A stretch of DNA of 64,000 nucleotides from Cytophagales bacterium (lineage in GTDB: Bacteria; Bacteroidota; Bacteroidia; Cytophagales; Spirosomataceae): positions 152 through 64,151 of the forward strand of contig JAAFJP010000033.1 of assembly GCA_013298125.1 (NCBI GenBank). The letters run 5' to 3'. Each line of letters begins with the position of its first letter. Positions within the stretch are counted from its first letter, which is position 1. This document shows positions 9,447 to 18,164 of the stretch, piece by piece. Both the position numbers and the translations under genes were made by a program. The notes below the pieces were generated by a model that was given only the letters and a program-made list of their open reading frames with translations, searched no databases and was not told where the DNA came from.

Positions 9447-10763
9447 TTATTTGACAAGTGACTGATTATACAAACTGAGTTGGTATTTCTTTAAAACTTC
9501 AACTCTACTATCCAATCTCTCTGGGATAGGATATACTACATTTCTGATTGAAGAGTGTTGATAATCTCCCCGTAAAATATGTTCTTTACCTACCATGATT
9601 TCTTTATTTCTGTCTTCGGCAAGTTGCAGATACCGAATCTGTGAACTTAGCAAATATCCCAATAATAAAACCGTGAGTCCTGCAACTGTATTTTGGATAT
9701 ACTTAGGCTTTTTCCATTTTTCTAAATGGGTTATCAAAATTATCACTGATACAAAAAATATCAAGGTAAATGGCAAACTCAAAACACAGTACCGTCTGGA
9801 TAAACTTTGTCCTGTTCCTTCTACTGCTCTCCCGTAAGCGGTCATTAAACTTGTCAAAATGCCAAACAGTCCAAATGCCATAAAAGGCAATGATTGATAG
9901 AATTTCTCTCGCTCCGATTTATATTGTAAGTAAAACGCTGTGATAATAGTCAATAGCTGTATTACTGAAAATACGATTGCTTTTGAGGGTGTTACGGTTA
10001 AATTATTCGAGAGGAAGGCTAACGAATATGGAATAATTTTCGTTAAATCCATCGTTCTTTCTGTAATTGGGCTGGTAGAGTAATAATTCGTAAAATAGAA
10101 ATACACTTGAACCAACAAGCAGCACAGTACAAAGAGAATATATTGTACCTTCTGAGGTCGGGTTACATTACTAAAAAAGATGAGTAACATCACACACACC
10201 CAAGATAAAAGCCCTGTTACGTAAGAAAGCGTTGCTACATGGACTAAAAAACAACTGATAACTACATTCCTCCAAGTAATTTTCTTCAAAACTATCAGCC
10301 CTCCAAATGTTGCTATGACTGATAAATAATAATTAATTGAAAATCCCATAATGATACTCTCGTAGTTTTTGAAAGAATATATCATCACAAAACACCCCAA
10401 GAACAACACATTCACTACAATCGTACTTTTCGATTCAATAATCTGTTTTAACTCTCTTTTAAAAATAAGATAGAATATAAAAAACATGACCATATTGAAC
10501 GCAACGAGATAAAAGGATTGCCATTTTGTTATCAGTATGACAAAAAGATTTATCAGGTGTGGATATAACATTCTACAATCATTGTGAGGAAAATTCAATA
10601 ACGATAGATTGAGTTCTCCTTTTTGGTACAAATCAACTAAATAAGTCATTTCCCATTCATCAAGCAAAGGAACATTGTGCCGATTGATGTATAAATAAAT
10701 CATCAATGAACTAAACGCTACGATTTCAATGAGTGTGAATAATTTTGAATTTATTGATTGCAT
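9447..10763 (-). CDS. Polytopic inner-membrane protein of unknown function (possibly GT-C-like glycosyltransferase)
   Basis: At least 10 hydrophobic segments. The start is most plausibly ATG 10763 (MQSINSKLF...), because the longer ORF would overlap the ilvD 3' end. Function was not recognised. Confidence 0.55.
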   Translation of the reverse strand: MQSINSKLFTLIEIVAFSSLMIYLYINRHNVPLLDEWEMTYLVDLYQKGELNLSLLNFPHNDCRMLYPHLINLFVILITKWQSFYLVAFNMVMFFIFYLIFKRELKQIIESKSTIVVNVLFLGCFVMIYSFKNYESIIMGFSINYYLSVIATFGGLIVLKKITWRNVVISCFLVHVATLSYVTGLLSWVCVMLLIFFSNVTRPQKVQYILFVLCCLLVQVYFYFTNYYSTSPITERTMDLTKIIPYSLAFLSNNLTVTPSKAIVFSVIQLLTIITAFYLQYKSEREKFYQSLPFMAFGLFGILTSLMTAYGRAVEGTGQSLSRRYCVLSLPFTLIFFVSVIILITHLEKWKKPKYIQNTVAGLTVLLLGYLLSSQIRYLQLAEDRNKEIMVGKEHILRGDYQHSSIRNVVYPIPERLDSRVEVLKKYQLSLYNQSLVK

Positions 10764-10828
10764 AAAGTTTTTATCGTTTGTGTCAAAGGATTTTTGAGTT
10801 TGTAGTAAATCTACGTTGAGGTTTTTTT

Positions 10829-12505
10829 CTACAAATCCGTAACACAACCCAAACTCGCACTACTCACATTCTTGATATATTTTCTCAAAACCCCTTGCTT
10901 GAAAGGCGATTCGATGGGTTTCCAAAGTTTACGTCTTTCCGCTAATTCTTCATCTGAAACGTGAACTTGCAAAACGTTATTTACCGCATCAATCGTAATC
11001 AAATCACCGTCTTTTACCAAGCCGATATTTCCCCCTGACTGTGCTTCGGGCGAAACGTGTCCGACCACAAACCCGTGCGTACCACCTGAAAAACGTCCGT
11101 CTGTAATCATGGCTACTTTATTGCCCAAACCAGCCCCCATAATTGCCGAAGTGGGCTTCAACATTTCGGGCATTCCTGGTCCACCTTTTGGTCCTTCGTT
11201 ACGAATCACAACGACCATACCTTCTTTAATTTCTCCTTTTTCCAAATATTCCATAACTTCCTCTTCACGCTCACAAACTTTGGCAACGCCCTCAAAACGC
11301 TCTCCTTCTTTACCCGTAATCTTTGCCACAGCACCTTCTGTCGCCAAGTTTCCGTAAAGAATTTGCAAGTGTCCCGTGGCTTTCAGAGGCTTTTCGATAG
11401 GGAAAACAATCTTTTGAGCCTCAAAATCTAAACTCGGTACATCCGCTAAATTCTCAGCAATGGTCTTGCCCGTAATGGTCATACAATTTCCATGCAATAA
11501 CCCTTTTTCAAGCAAATACTTCATCACCGCTTGCACACCTCCGATGGCAAGCATATCTTCCATATAATATTTTCCAGAAGGTTTCAAATCAGCAATTAAG
11601 GGCGTACGGTCAGAAATCGCCTGAATGTCTTTCAAGGTAAATTCAACCCCTGCGGCTTGGGCAATTGCTAAATAGTGCAACACGGCATTGGTAGAACCAC
11701 CCAAAGTAATCACAACTGTAAGAGCATTCTCGAATGCCTCACGAGTCATAATATCACGGGGGCAAATATTCTTTTCCAACATATTTTTCATGGCTGCCCC
11801 AATCGCCAAACACTCCGCTTTTTTGCCTTCGTGCGTAGCTGGATAAGTTGAGGAATTAGGCAAAGTCAAACCCATTGCCTCCATTGAACTTGCCATCGTA
11901 TTAGCGGTGTACATCCCTCCACAAGCCCCTGCCCCTGGAATGGCATTCTGAATCACACCTTCATAATCTTCGTCAGAAATCGTCCCTGCGTATTTTTGAC
12001 CCAATGCCTCAAAAGCCGAAATAATATCTAATTTTTTACCTTTATATTCTCCTGTACGAATCGTTCCACCATAAACCAACATCGCAGGACGGTTCAAACG
12101 AGCAATTGCCATCATTGCCCCTGGCATATTTTTATCACAACCCACTACTGCAATCACGCCATCGTACCATTGTCCACCGACTACGTTTTCGATAGAATCA
12201 GCAATAATATCACGGCTTGGCAAGGAGTAACTCATGCCGTCATTACCATTCGTCATGCCGTCCGATACGCCGATGGTATGAAAAATCAAGCCTACCATGC
12301 CATTTTCTTGAATACCTTTTTTTACGTGTACGGATAGTCCGTTCAGGTGCATATTACAAGTATTGCCTTCATAACCCGTACTGGCGATACCAATTTGGGC
12401 TTTTTGCATATCTTCGGTAGTAAGACCGATACCGTATAACATCGCCTTTGCGGCAGGATTGGTTACTTCTTGGGTGAGTGTGCGGGAGAATTTGTTAAGT
12501 TCCAT
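10829..12505 (-). CDS. ilvD: Dihydroxy-acid dehydratase
   Basis: Full-length IlvD/Edd family with motifs [15 protein letters not shown] and HVSPEA. Confidence 0.95.
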   Translation of the reverse strand: MELNKFSRTLTQEVTNPAAKAMLYGIGLTTEDMQKAQIGIASTGYEGNTCNMHLNGLSVHVKKGIQENGMVGLIFHTIGVSDGMTNGNDGMSYSLPSRDIIADSIENVVGGQWYDGVIAVVGCDKNMPGAMMAIARLNRPAMLVYGGTIRTGEYKGKKLDIISAFEALGQKYAGTISDEDYEGVIQNAIPGAGACGGMYTANTMASSMEAMGLTLPNSSTYPATHEGKKAECLAIGAAMKNMLEKNICPRDIMTREAFENALTVVITLGGSTNAVLHYLAIAQAAGVEFTLKDIQAISDRTPLIADLKPSGKYYMEDMLAIGGVQAVMKYLLEKGLLHGNCMTITGKTIAENLADVPSLDFEAQKIVFPIEKPLKATGHLQILYGNLATEGAVAKITGKEGERFEGVAKVCEREEEVMEYLEKGEIKEGMVVVIRNEGPKGGPGMPEMLKPTSAIMGAGLGNKVAMITDGRFSGGTHGFVVGHVSPEAQSGGNIGLVKDGDLITIDAVNNVLQVHVSDEELAERRKLWKPIESPFKQGVLRKYIKNVSSASLGCVTDL

Positions 12506-12517
12506 TTTTTGATAATT

Positions 12518-12552
12518 AAAATAAAAAACCTTCCACGTTGCTGAGAAAGGTC
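12518..12552 (-). terminator. Leader terminator (attenuator stem) upstream of ilvD
   Basis: The minus strand reads gACCTTTC-tcagcaacgt-GGAAGGT followed by TTTTTTATTTT. The ilvD ATG follows about 17 nt after the U-run. Confidence 0.6.
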
Positions 12553-12582
12553 TTATGATGATATATAATTCCTATCTCGTAC

Positions 12583-12636
12583 TCAGATGCTGAGTAGAAT
12601 TAGGACGACAATGATATTTACCGATATTTGATTCAT
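12583..12636 (-). CDS. Candidate ilv leader peptide MNQISVNIIVVLILLSI (17 aa)
   Basis: Hand translation of the minus strand gives atg aat caa ata tcg gta aat atc att gtc gtc cta att cta ctc agc atc tga. 11 of 17 residues are Ile, Val or Leu. The ORF end overlaps a 7-bp hairpin, TACTCAG-cat-CTGAGTA. Confidence 0.6.
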   Translation of the reverse strand: MNQISVNIIVVLILLSI

Positions 12637-12693
12637 CTAATTTTTGAATAAGATTTTTAGCGAATTTTCGCCACAAATTCATTCGATACTTAT

Positions 12694-12726
12694 CAAATAT
12701 ACAGTAGTTTATTTCTTAATTACAAA
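12694..12726 (-). promoter_or_regulatory. Bacteroidota-type promoter for the ilv leader (-33 TTTG / -7 TAtaTTTG)
   Basis: On the minus strand, TTTG (12726-12723) is followed by a 21-nt spacer and TATATTTG (12701-12694). This matches the TTTG-N19-21-TAnnTTTG consensus known for Bacteroidetes sigma-A promoters. Confidence 0.5.
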
Positions 12727-12890
12727 CAAAAACCAAATAATATTTTACAGAATAGTATTTTTACCAATGATTATTTTTTGTAAAGTATCAATAATTCAAA
12801 AGATAATTCTTTAAATAATGAAATTTATTAGTTTTTATTTTGAAAAACACCCGAGATTCAAAAGATAATATTTTTGAAATTAGTTTAATT

Positions 12891-12916
12891 TTATTTAGCG
12901 AAAATTCGCTAAATAA
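12891..12916. promoter_or_regulatory. 26-bp palindrome ttatttagcgaa-aa-ttcgctaaataa (DinB terminator or operator)
   Basis: 12+12 perfect arms lie 5 nt downstream of the DinB-family stop. The core TAGCGAAnnTTCGCTA recurs as tagcgaattttcgcca at 12658-12673. Confidence 0.5.
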
Positions 12917-12921
12917 AATTT

Positions 12922-13476
12922 CTACCATCCTACATACCCCTCTGGAATTATCTCATTCAATCGTAAATAGCAAATGGCTTGTCCACGGTGGTGAATGATG
13001 TGGTTTTCCATGGCATAAAAAAAACGCCATATTTGGATAGTTCCGCCAGCATAATCTTCTGGTTTTAAAAGCGTTTCTGACTTGGTTTCATTGACTACTT
13101 TCAAAACCCACTCATAAAATTTGTGGAGTTCGGTTTCCATTTCTGCCTTTGAAAGTTTTGCCCAAAATGAAGGGGGCGTTTTTTCGTAAGGATTGGGAAT
13201 GCTCAAACGTCCGCACAATTGGGCGGCAGTGTAGATGATGCAATGCACAAATTGCGTACGGAAAGAAAAGGATTCATCGGTATATTTAAAGCCCAATTTC
13301 TCTTCGGGCATTTGGTTGAAAACGGTGATGGTATATTCCTCAGAGCGTTTCCAAGCATCCGTAAATTCAGATTTGAAGCCCAAAAGGTCTTTCTCCATTT
13401 GTCTTTTCCCAAAACTTGGAAGCGTAATTAATCCTGCCGTAAGGGTTTTGAGGAGGGTTTTTCTGGTGATTTTCAT
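12922..13476 (-). CDS. DinB-family (DinB_2) metal-dependent protein
   Basis: Four-helix-bundle DinB pattern with His-rich motifs (FVHCIIY..., NHIIHHRGQ). There is an N-terminal signal-like segment. Confidence 0.65.
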   Translation of the reverse strand: MKITRKTLLKTLTAGLITLPSFGKRQMEKDLLGFKSEFTDAWKRSEEYTITVFNQMPEEKLGFKYTDESFSFRTQFVHCIIYTAAQLCGRLSIPNPYEKTPPSFWAKLSKAEMETELHKFYEWVLKVVNETKSETLLKPEDYAGGTIQIWRFFYAMENHIIHHRGQAICYLRLNEIIPEGYVGW

Positions 13477-13528
13477 ATCTCATTAATTTTGTGCCCAAAT
13501 TTACGACATTATTAGCATTATCTGATTC

Positions 13529-15598
13529 CTACAATTTCACAAAGCTAACCGCACAACCACCTCCCTTCGCCAAGCTCAATTCAAGGGTATTTTTATTAGT
13601 AACAATCTTTTTCTCAATTTTGTAAGCCGCTGGATTAGTTTGCCAATCTGCATTTTCGGCATCTTGATAAATGGTGGCTTCGTACTTGGCGTTATCGTCT
13701 AAAAAGTCTAATTTCAAGCTCGTTTTCCTACTATTTTCATCAGTGATTGCTCCCAAAAACCAGTTAGATTTTCCTTTGGCTTTGCGGGCAATGGTGATAT
13801 AATCTGCGGGTTCGGCTTCTAAAATTTTGGTATCATCCCAATCCACAGGTACGTCTCGGATAAACTGAAAAGCGTCTAAATATTTGTTGAAATTTTCTGG
13901 AAAATCGCCCGCCATTTGCAGTGGGCTGTACATCGTGACGTACAAAGCCAACTGTTTTGCGAGCGTAGTACGTACCCGTGTCTTGCGTGAAGTATCGTAT
14001 TGATTTAACTGAAAATGAAAAAAACCTGGGGTATAATCCATCGGTCCGCCCATCAATCGGGTGAAGGGCAAAATGGTTTCGTGTTCAGGCACGAGTCCCA
14101 AAGTCGGAGCATTGTTAAATTCATTTCCACGGGCGGCTTCGTTGGCAAGCCAGTTTGGGTACGTGCGATGCAAGCCCGTGGGATGCACAGGTTCGTGAGC
14201 CTCAACCATGATTTTGTACTCAGCGGTTTTCTCCGCCACTCGCTGATAATGATTGACCATCCACTGACTATCATGATGCTCGCCCCTCGGAATAATTCGC
14301 CCAACATAACCCGTTTTGACGGTATTCATGTTGTGGTCTTTCATAAACTGATAGGCTTTGTCGAAATAACGCTCATAGTTTGTTGCCGAACCCGATGTCT
14401 CGTGGTGCATGATGATTTTTACGCCTTTTTGTTTGGCATAATCCGTCAAAATATCAATGTTATAATCGCTGTATGGTGTGATAAAATCGAACACATTTTC
14501 TTTCCAATTGCCAAACCAATCTTCCCAACCTTCATTCCAACCTTCTACTAAAACCCCGTCAAAACCGTTTTTTGAGGCAAAATCAATGTATCGTTTTACA
14601 TTTTCGGTATTTGCTCCATGCTTGTTTCCTTCTTTGAACCAATTAGATTTTCCCACGTGCATCTCCCACCACATTCCAATAAATTTTTGCGGTTTTATCC
14701 ATGAAACATCCGTAATTTTTGAGGGTTCGTTGAGGTTCAAAATCATCTTGGAAGATAAAATCTCCGTGGCTTTATCACTCACGATAATCGTCCGCCAAGG
14801 CGTTTGAAAAGGGGCTTGTAAATATGCCTTATTCCCTACGGCATCAGGTACTAAGTGTGAGGTAAACGTGAAGGTTTTTTTATCCAAAGCCAAGTTCATG
14901 GCGGGATAATTAACCAAAGCCGCTTCGTGAATATTGAGATAAATGCCATCGGCAGTTTTCATCATCAAGGGAGTTTGGACAGTATTTGTTCCAATGACCG
15001 CTTGCAGGGCAATATCCTTTTCTTTTTGAGCCGCTTTGAGGGCATCAATTTCACTTAATTTAGTGGTATTGTAGAGATATTCGTTAGTGTCATAATCCCC
15101 AGGAATCCAGAAGGTTTTATGATTTCCTGTTAAATTAAATTGTGTAAGTTCATCGCCCACGATAAAATGCTTGACGGCAGATTCTTGTGGAAATTCATAT
15201 CTAAAACCAATTCCATCATCAAAGATTCTAAAAATAATGTTCAATAAATTTTGAGCATTATTTTTATCTTTTAGTCTGATTTTCAATTCTTTATAATTAT
15301 TCCGAATACTACTCACTTCACCCCAAACAGGTTTCCATGTTTCATCTACACTCGAAGAATCGACATTGACGACATCAAATTTATTGAGAAAGATTTGAGG
15401 TTTATTCAACGAAAAACCAAGTAATGAAGGTTCAATAATGGGTTTGTTTTTGTAAGAAGAAGCATAACTAACGTTTCCATTTTCAGCAATGCTTACTTTC
15501 AGAATGATAGCGTGATTTGGAGAGGAAGAGACAAATGTTTTTTGTGCTAAAAGCATCGTGGAAATGCTTAAAAGACAAATAGTTAAAAATAGTTTCAT
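13529..15598 (-). CDS. Glycoside hydrolase family 97 (SusB-like alpha-glucosidase/galactosidase)
   Basis: About 690 aa. Signal peptide MKLFLTICLLSISTMLLAQ starts at ATG 15598. GH97-typical blocks are present (WIKPQKFIGMWWEMHVGK, IMHHETSG, MVEAHEP). Confidence 0.8.
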   Translation of the reverse strand: MKLFLTICLLSISTMLLAQKTFVSSSPNHAIILKVSIAENGNVSYASSYKNKPIIEPSLLGFSLNKPQIFLNKFDVVNVDSSSVDETWKPVWGEVSSIRNNYKELKIRLKDKNNAQNLLNIIFRIFDDGIGFRYEFPQESAVKHFIVGDELTQFNLTGNHKTFWIPGDYDTNEYLYNTTKLSEIDALKAAQKEKDIALQAVIGTNTVQTPLMMKTADGIYLNIHEAALVNYPAMNLALDKKTFTFTSHLVPDAVGNKAYLQAPFQTPWRTIIVSDKATEILSSKMILNLNEPSKITDVSWIKPQKFIGMWWEMHVGKSNWFKEGNKHGANTENVKRYIDFASKNGFDGVLVEGWNEGWEDWFGNWKENVFDFITPYSDYNIDILTDYAKQKGVKIIMHHETSGSATNYERYFDKAYQFMKDHNMNTVKTGYVGRIIPRGEHHDSQWMVNHYQRVAEKTAEYKIMVEAHEPVHPTGLHRTYPNWLANEAARGNEFNNAPTLGLVPEHETILPFTRLMGGPMDYTPGFFHFQLNQYDTSRKTRVRTTLAKQLALYVTMYSPLQMAGDFPENFNKYLDAFQFIRDVPVDWDDTKILEAEPADYITIARKAKGKSNWFLGAITDENSRKTSLKLDFLDDNAKYEATIYQDAENADWQTNPAAYKIEKKIVTNKNTLELSLAKGGGCAVSFVKL

Positions 15599-15642
15599 GG
15601 AAAAATTTGTTAAAAATGGAATGGTATTGCTCAAAAATAGCA

Positions 15643-15676
15643 AAAAGGCTTTGAATCGTGAAATTCAAAGCCTTTT
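15643..15676. terminator. Bidirectional intrinsic terminator
   Basis: aaaaggctttgaat-cgtgaa-attcaaagcctttttt lies between the 15699 stop and the GH97 start. Confidence 0.8.
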
Positions 15677-15698
15677 TTAAATATTAGGTTCTTATAAT

Positions 15699-15932
15699 CT
15701 ATGCAAAATTCAAAGCATCTTTTTTCATAGCTTCGTAAGCGGCAATCAATTTGTCCATCACTTCAGTTTTACTGCGAATAGAAGCCTTTGTATTTGTTTT
15801 GTATTCTTCTCTTTCCTCTGGGGATAATGTACGTACATATTCGTGCAAACGTGAGGCAATTGCAAGTTTTTCTTCTTGACTTGTGGCTTCACTAATTTGT
15901 TTTTGAAATGATTTTATGATGAGATTATTCAT
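15699..15932 (-). CDS. Small helical hypothetical protein (77 aa)
   Basis: ORF only. Its start overlaps the stop of the upstream 62-aa ORF by 4 nt. Confidence 0.4.
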   Translation of the reverse strand: MNNLIIKSFQKQISEATSQEEKLAIASRLHEYVRTLSPEEREEYKTNTKASIRSKTEVMDKLIAAYEAMKKDALNFA

Positions 15933-16117
15933 AGACTTTCAAGTTCGTTGTTAATGCGTTGAATCAAACCACGATAGTTTATGGCTTTTCTTACAAGGAA
16001 TTCAAAATCTTCGTCACTGTCTTCGGGTAAATAGGCAACGATTTTATCATTTAATTCCAACAGCATTTTTTCTAAAAGTAATTTTAACTCTATTAATTCT
16101 TTCTGATGTTCTTCCAT
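15929..16117 (-). CDS. Small acidic helical hypothetical protein (62 aa)
   Basis: ORF only. It starts 5 nt downstream of the rhomboid stop, and a 4-nt overlap couples it to the next ORF. Confidence 0.4.
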   Translation of the reverse strand: MEEHQKELIELKLLLEKMLLELNDKIVAYLPEDSDEDFEFLVRKAINYRGLIQRINNELESL

Positions 16118-16122
16118 TATAC

Positions 16123-17031
16123 TTATTTCTGCGAAGCTTTAAACAACTTTTGCTTCTCTTCTTTCGTCAAACTTTCATAGCCCGAACGAGAGATTTTATC
16201 CAAAATTTCATCTACCTCATCATCATCTGGATAAGCATTTCCTACACTCGAAGAAGAACTACCAAAGGCAGTTTCTTTTTGACGATGAACAACTTTGATG
16301 CTTGGCTTCTCAGTACGTTTAAAAAGATTTTGGAAAAACTCAATCGTAACATCAATGGGCGTTCCCCAGTCTCTACCCGCTTGTAATTGTTTGATATAAA
16401 TGTACCCTAAAAATGCTCCTCCCAGATGGACAATTTCTCCTCCTGCATTTGTGCTAACCGTACCCGCCAGAGAAAGTAAAAAGTAGAAAAAAGCAATATA
16501 TTTGATACGAACAGGTCCAATCAAGAAGATAAAAAATGTATAATCTGGCATAAGGGTAGCTGCGGCAAACATAATTGCCATCACACTTCCAGAAGCTCCG
16601 ATGATAGAAATATTAACTTGGTCTTTGTAAAAAGGAATAAAATTGAAAATAATCAATGCTAATAATGCTCCAAAAAATGCCCCTAAGATATAGAGGTTTA
16701 CCAATCGACGACTTCCCAAAAACTCTTGGATAATTCCACCAAACCAGTACAATAGCAACATATTGAAAAGGAGATGTAAAGGCACTACGTCATGCAAGAA
16801 AGCATACGAAAGAATTGTCCAAGGATGATATAAGAAAGTACCAAAGGCTGGTTTCAAGCTCAAATAAGAAAGCCCAGAATAAAATAAATCACCACTGTGA
16901 GTGACAATATGTGTACTGACCCATACCATAATCATGACCACATACACTGCCACATTCAACCAGATTAGCTGAATTAAACCGTTGTTACGCTTGGCGAAAG
17001 CGTCTTTGAAGTCATCTAAAATCCCACTCAT
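16123..17031 (-). CDS. Rhomboid-family intramembrane serine protease
   Basis: Six TM segments, GASGSVMAI (GxSG catalytic Ser) and a downstream His (IVHLGGAFLG). Start chosen at ATG 17031 (MSGILDDF). Confidence 0.85.
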   Translation of the reverse strand: MSGILDDFKDAFAKRNNGLIQLIWLNVAVYVVMIMVWVSTHIVTHSGDLFYSGLSYLSLKPAFGTFLYHPWTILSYAFLHDVVPLHLLFNMLLLYWFGGIIQEFLGSRRLVNLYILGAFFGALLALIIFNFIPFYKDQVNISIIGASGSVMAIMFAAATLMPDYTFFIFLIGPVRIKYIAFFYFLLSLAGTVSTNAGGEIVHLGGAFLGYIYIKQLQAGRDWGTPIDVTIEFFQNLFKRTEKPSIKVVHRQKETAFGSSSSSVGNAYPDDDEVDEILDKISRSGYESLTKEEKQKLFKASQK

Positions 17032-17040
17032 GTTTTTGGT

Positions 17041-17105
17041 GATTGGTAATCGGTGATTAATGATTGGTACTCTGAGCTTAGTACCAATCACTAATCACCA
17101 ATTAC
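17041..17105. repeat. Intergenic hairpin, 'gattggt' word
   Basis: gattggtaatcggtgattaatgattggtac (17041-17070) pairs with gtaccaatcactaatcaccaattac (17081-17105). Confidence 0.85.
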
Positions 17106-17166
17106 TATTAACTAAAAGGATAACGTTTTGATTAACAAAAAGTTACAGTATTCAAAAATTTATTTT

Positions 17167-17967
17167 CTAATAAAAACTATCTCGTTTGCTTCCCCACATT
17201 CTAATCAGAATAAAAGCAAAAATCATTCCTCCGATATGAGCAAAATGAGCGACGTTATCGCCTGGCATTCGGCGGATTCCTGCGTAGATTTCGTATAAAG
17301 CATAGAAAGTTACAAAATATTTTGCTTTAACTGGAAAAGGAAATGGGAAAAGCATAAATTCTGTATTTGGAAACAGCAGAGCGAAGGCAGCCATGATACC
17401 AAATCCTGCTCCTGAAGCTCCTACCATTGGCGTATCGATTACATTTTTGAGGAGACTCTCTATCGCATTTTTATATTCTACAACTTGGTCATTGGATATT
17501 ACCAAGTTATTTTCAATTTTTAGAGGATTACCTTCGATACCTAAATTTGAATAAAATTTATTAACAAATGAAACGTAGTTACCTCCCTCTGGATTCAATA
17601 GAAAATTGTTCGCCAAAGTTTCAAGTGGATGAATGTCGTAATATTGAAGAGCCATATAAAATAATCCAGCTCCTACGCCTGTCACAAAATAAAAAATCAA
17701 AAATCTTTTTTCACCCCAAAGCATTTCCAAAGTTGGTCCTAAAAAATATAACCCCAACATATTGAAAAAAATATGTCTTGTATCAGCATGAACAAACATA
17801 TAGGTAACAAACTGAATGGGATTGAATAAACTCGATGAAAAATAGTGTAATCCAAACAAAGAATCAATCATACCATCATATTGTGGATTGATTCGTTGTA
17901 CGATAAATACAATTATATTTATGACAATGATTGCCCTCACAATGGGCGTAAGTTGTGGTGTTCTCAT
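17167..17967 (-). CDS. Rhomboid-family intramembrane serine protease (second paralog)
   Basis: GASGAGFGI catalytic motif, HIGGMIFAF His motif and multiple TM segments. Confidence 0.85.
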   Translation of the reverse strand: MRTPQLTPIVRAIIVINIIVFIVQRINPQYDGMIDSLFGLHYFSSSLFNPIQFVTYMFVHADTRHIFFNMLGLYFLGPTLEMLWGEKRFLIFYFVTGVGAGLFYMALQYYDIHPLETLANNFLLNPEGGNYVSFVNKFYSNLGIEGNPLKIENNLVISNDQVVEYKNAIESLLKNVIDTPMVGASGAGFGIMAAFALLFPNTEFMLFPFPFPVKAKYFVTFYALYEIYAGIRRMPGDNVAHFAHIGGMIFAFILIRMWGSKRDSFY

Positions 17968-17974
17968 TTTTTCA

Positions 17975-18160
17975 GGGATTGGGGATTGGGTAATTTAGGG
18001 ATTAGGTAATTAGGGATTGGGTAATTAGGGATTGGGTAAAAGTCTTACAATTTCAGACTCTTAAAATTGTCTATCTAATCTATTGAAGATATGATTTTCT
18101 TATCAATCCTCTAATCCCTATTTACCCAATCCCTAATCACCCAATTACCTAATCCCTAAA
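17975..18160. repeat. Long intergenic hairpin, 'gggattagggatt' word family (copy C1)
   Basis: The left arm is gggattggggattgggtaatttagggattaggtaattagggattgggtaattagggattgggtaaa (17975-18040). The right arm is atcaatcctctaatccctatttacccaatccctaatcacccaattacctaatccctaaa (18105-18160). It spans almost exactly from the cysS stop to the rhomboid start. Confidence 0.9.
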
Positions 18161-18164
18161 ACAA

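Noticed and set aside
17975-18040. Possible CRISPR array (regularly recurring gggatt-type units). The same question applies to 40446-40510 and 58455-58489.
   Set aside because: The units are 7-12 nt degenerate words with no unique spacers of constant length. Most arrays are mirrored by a reverse-complement arm nearby. No cas genes are present.
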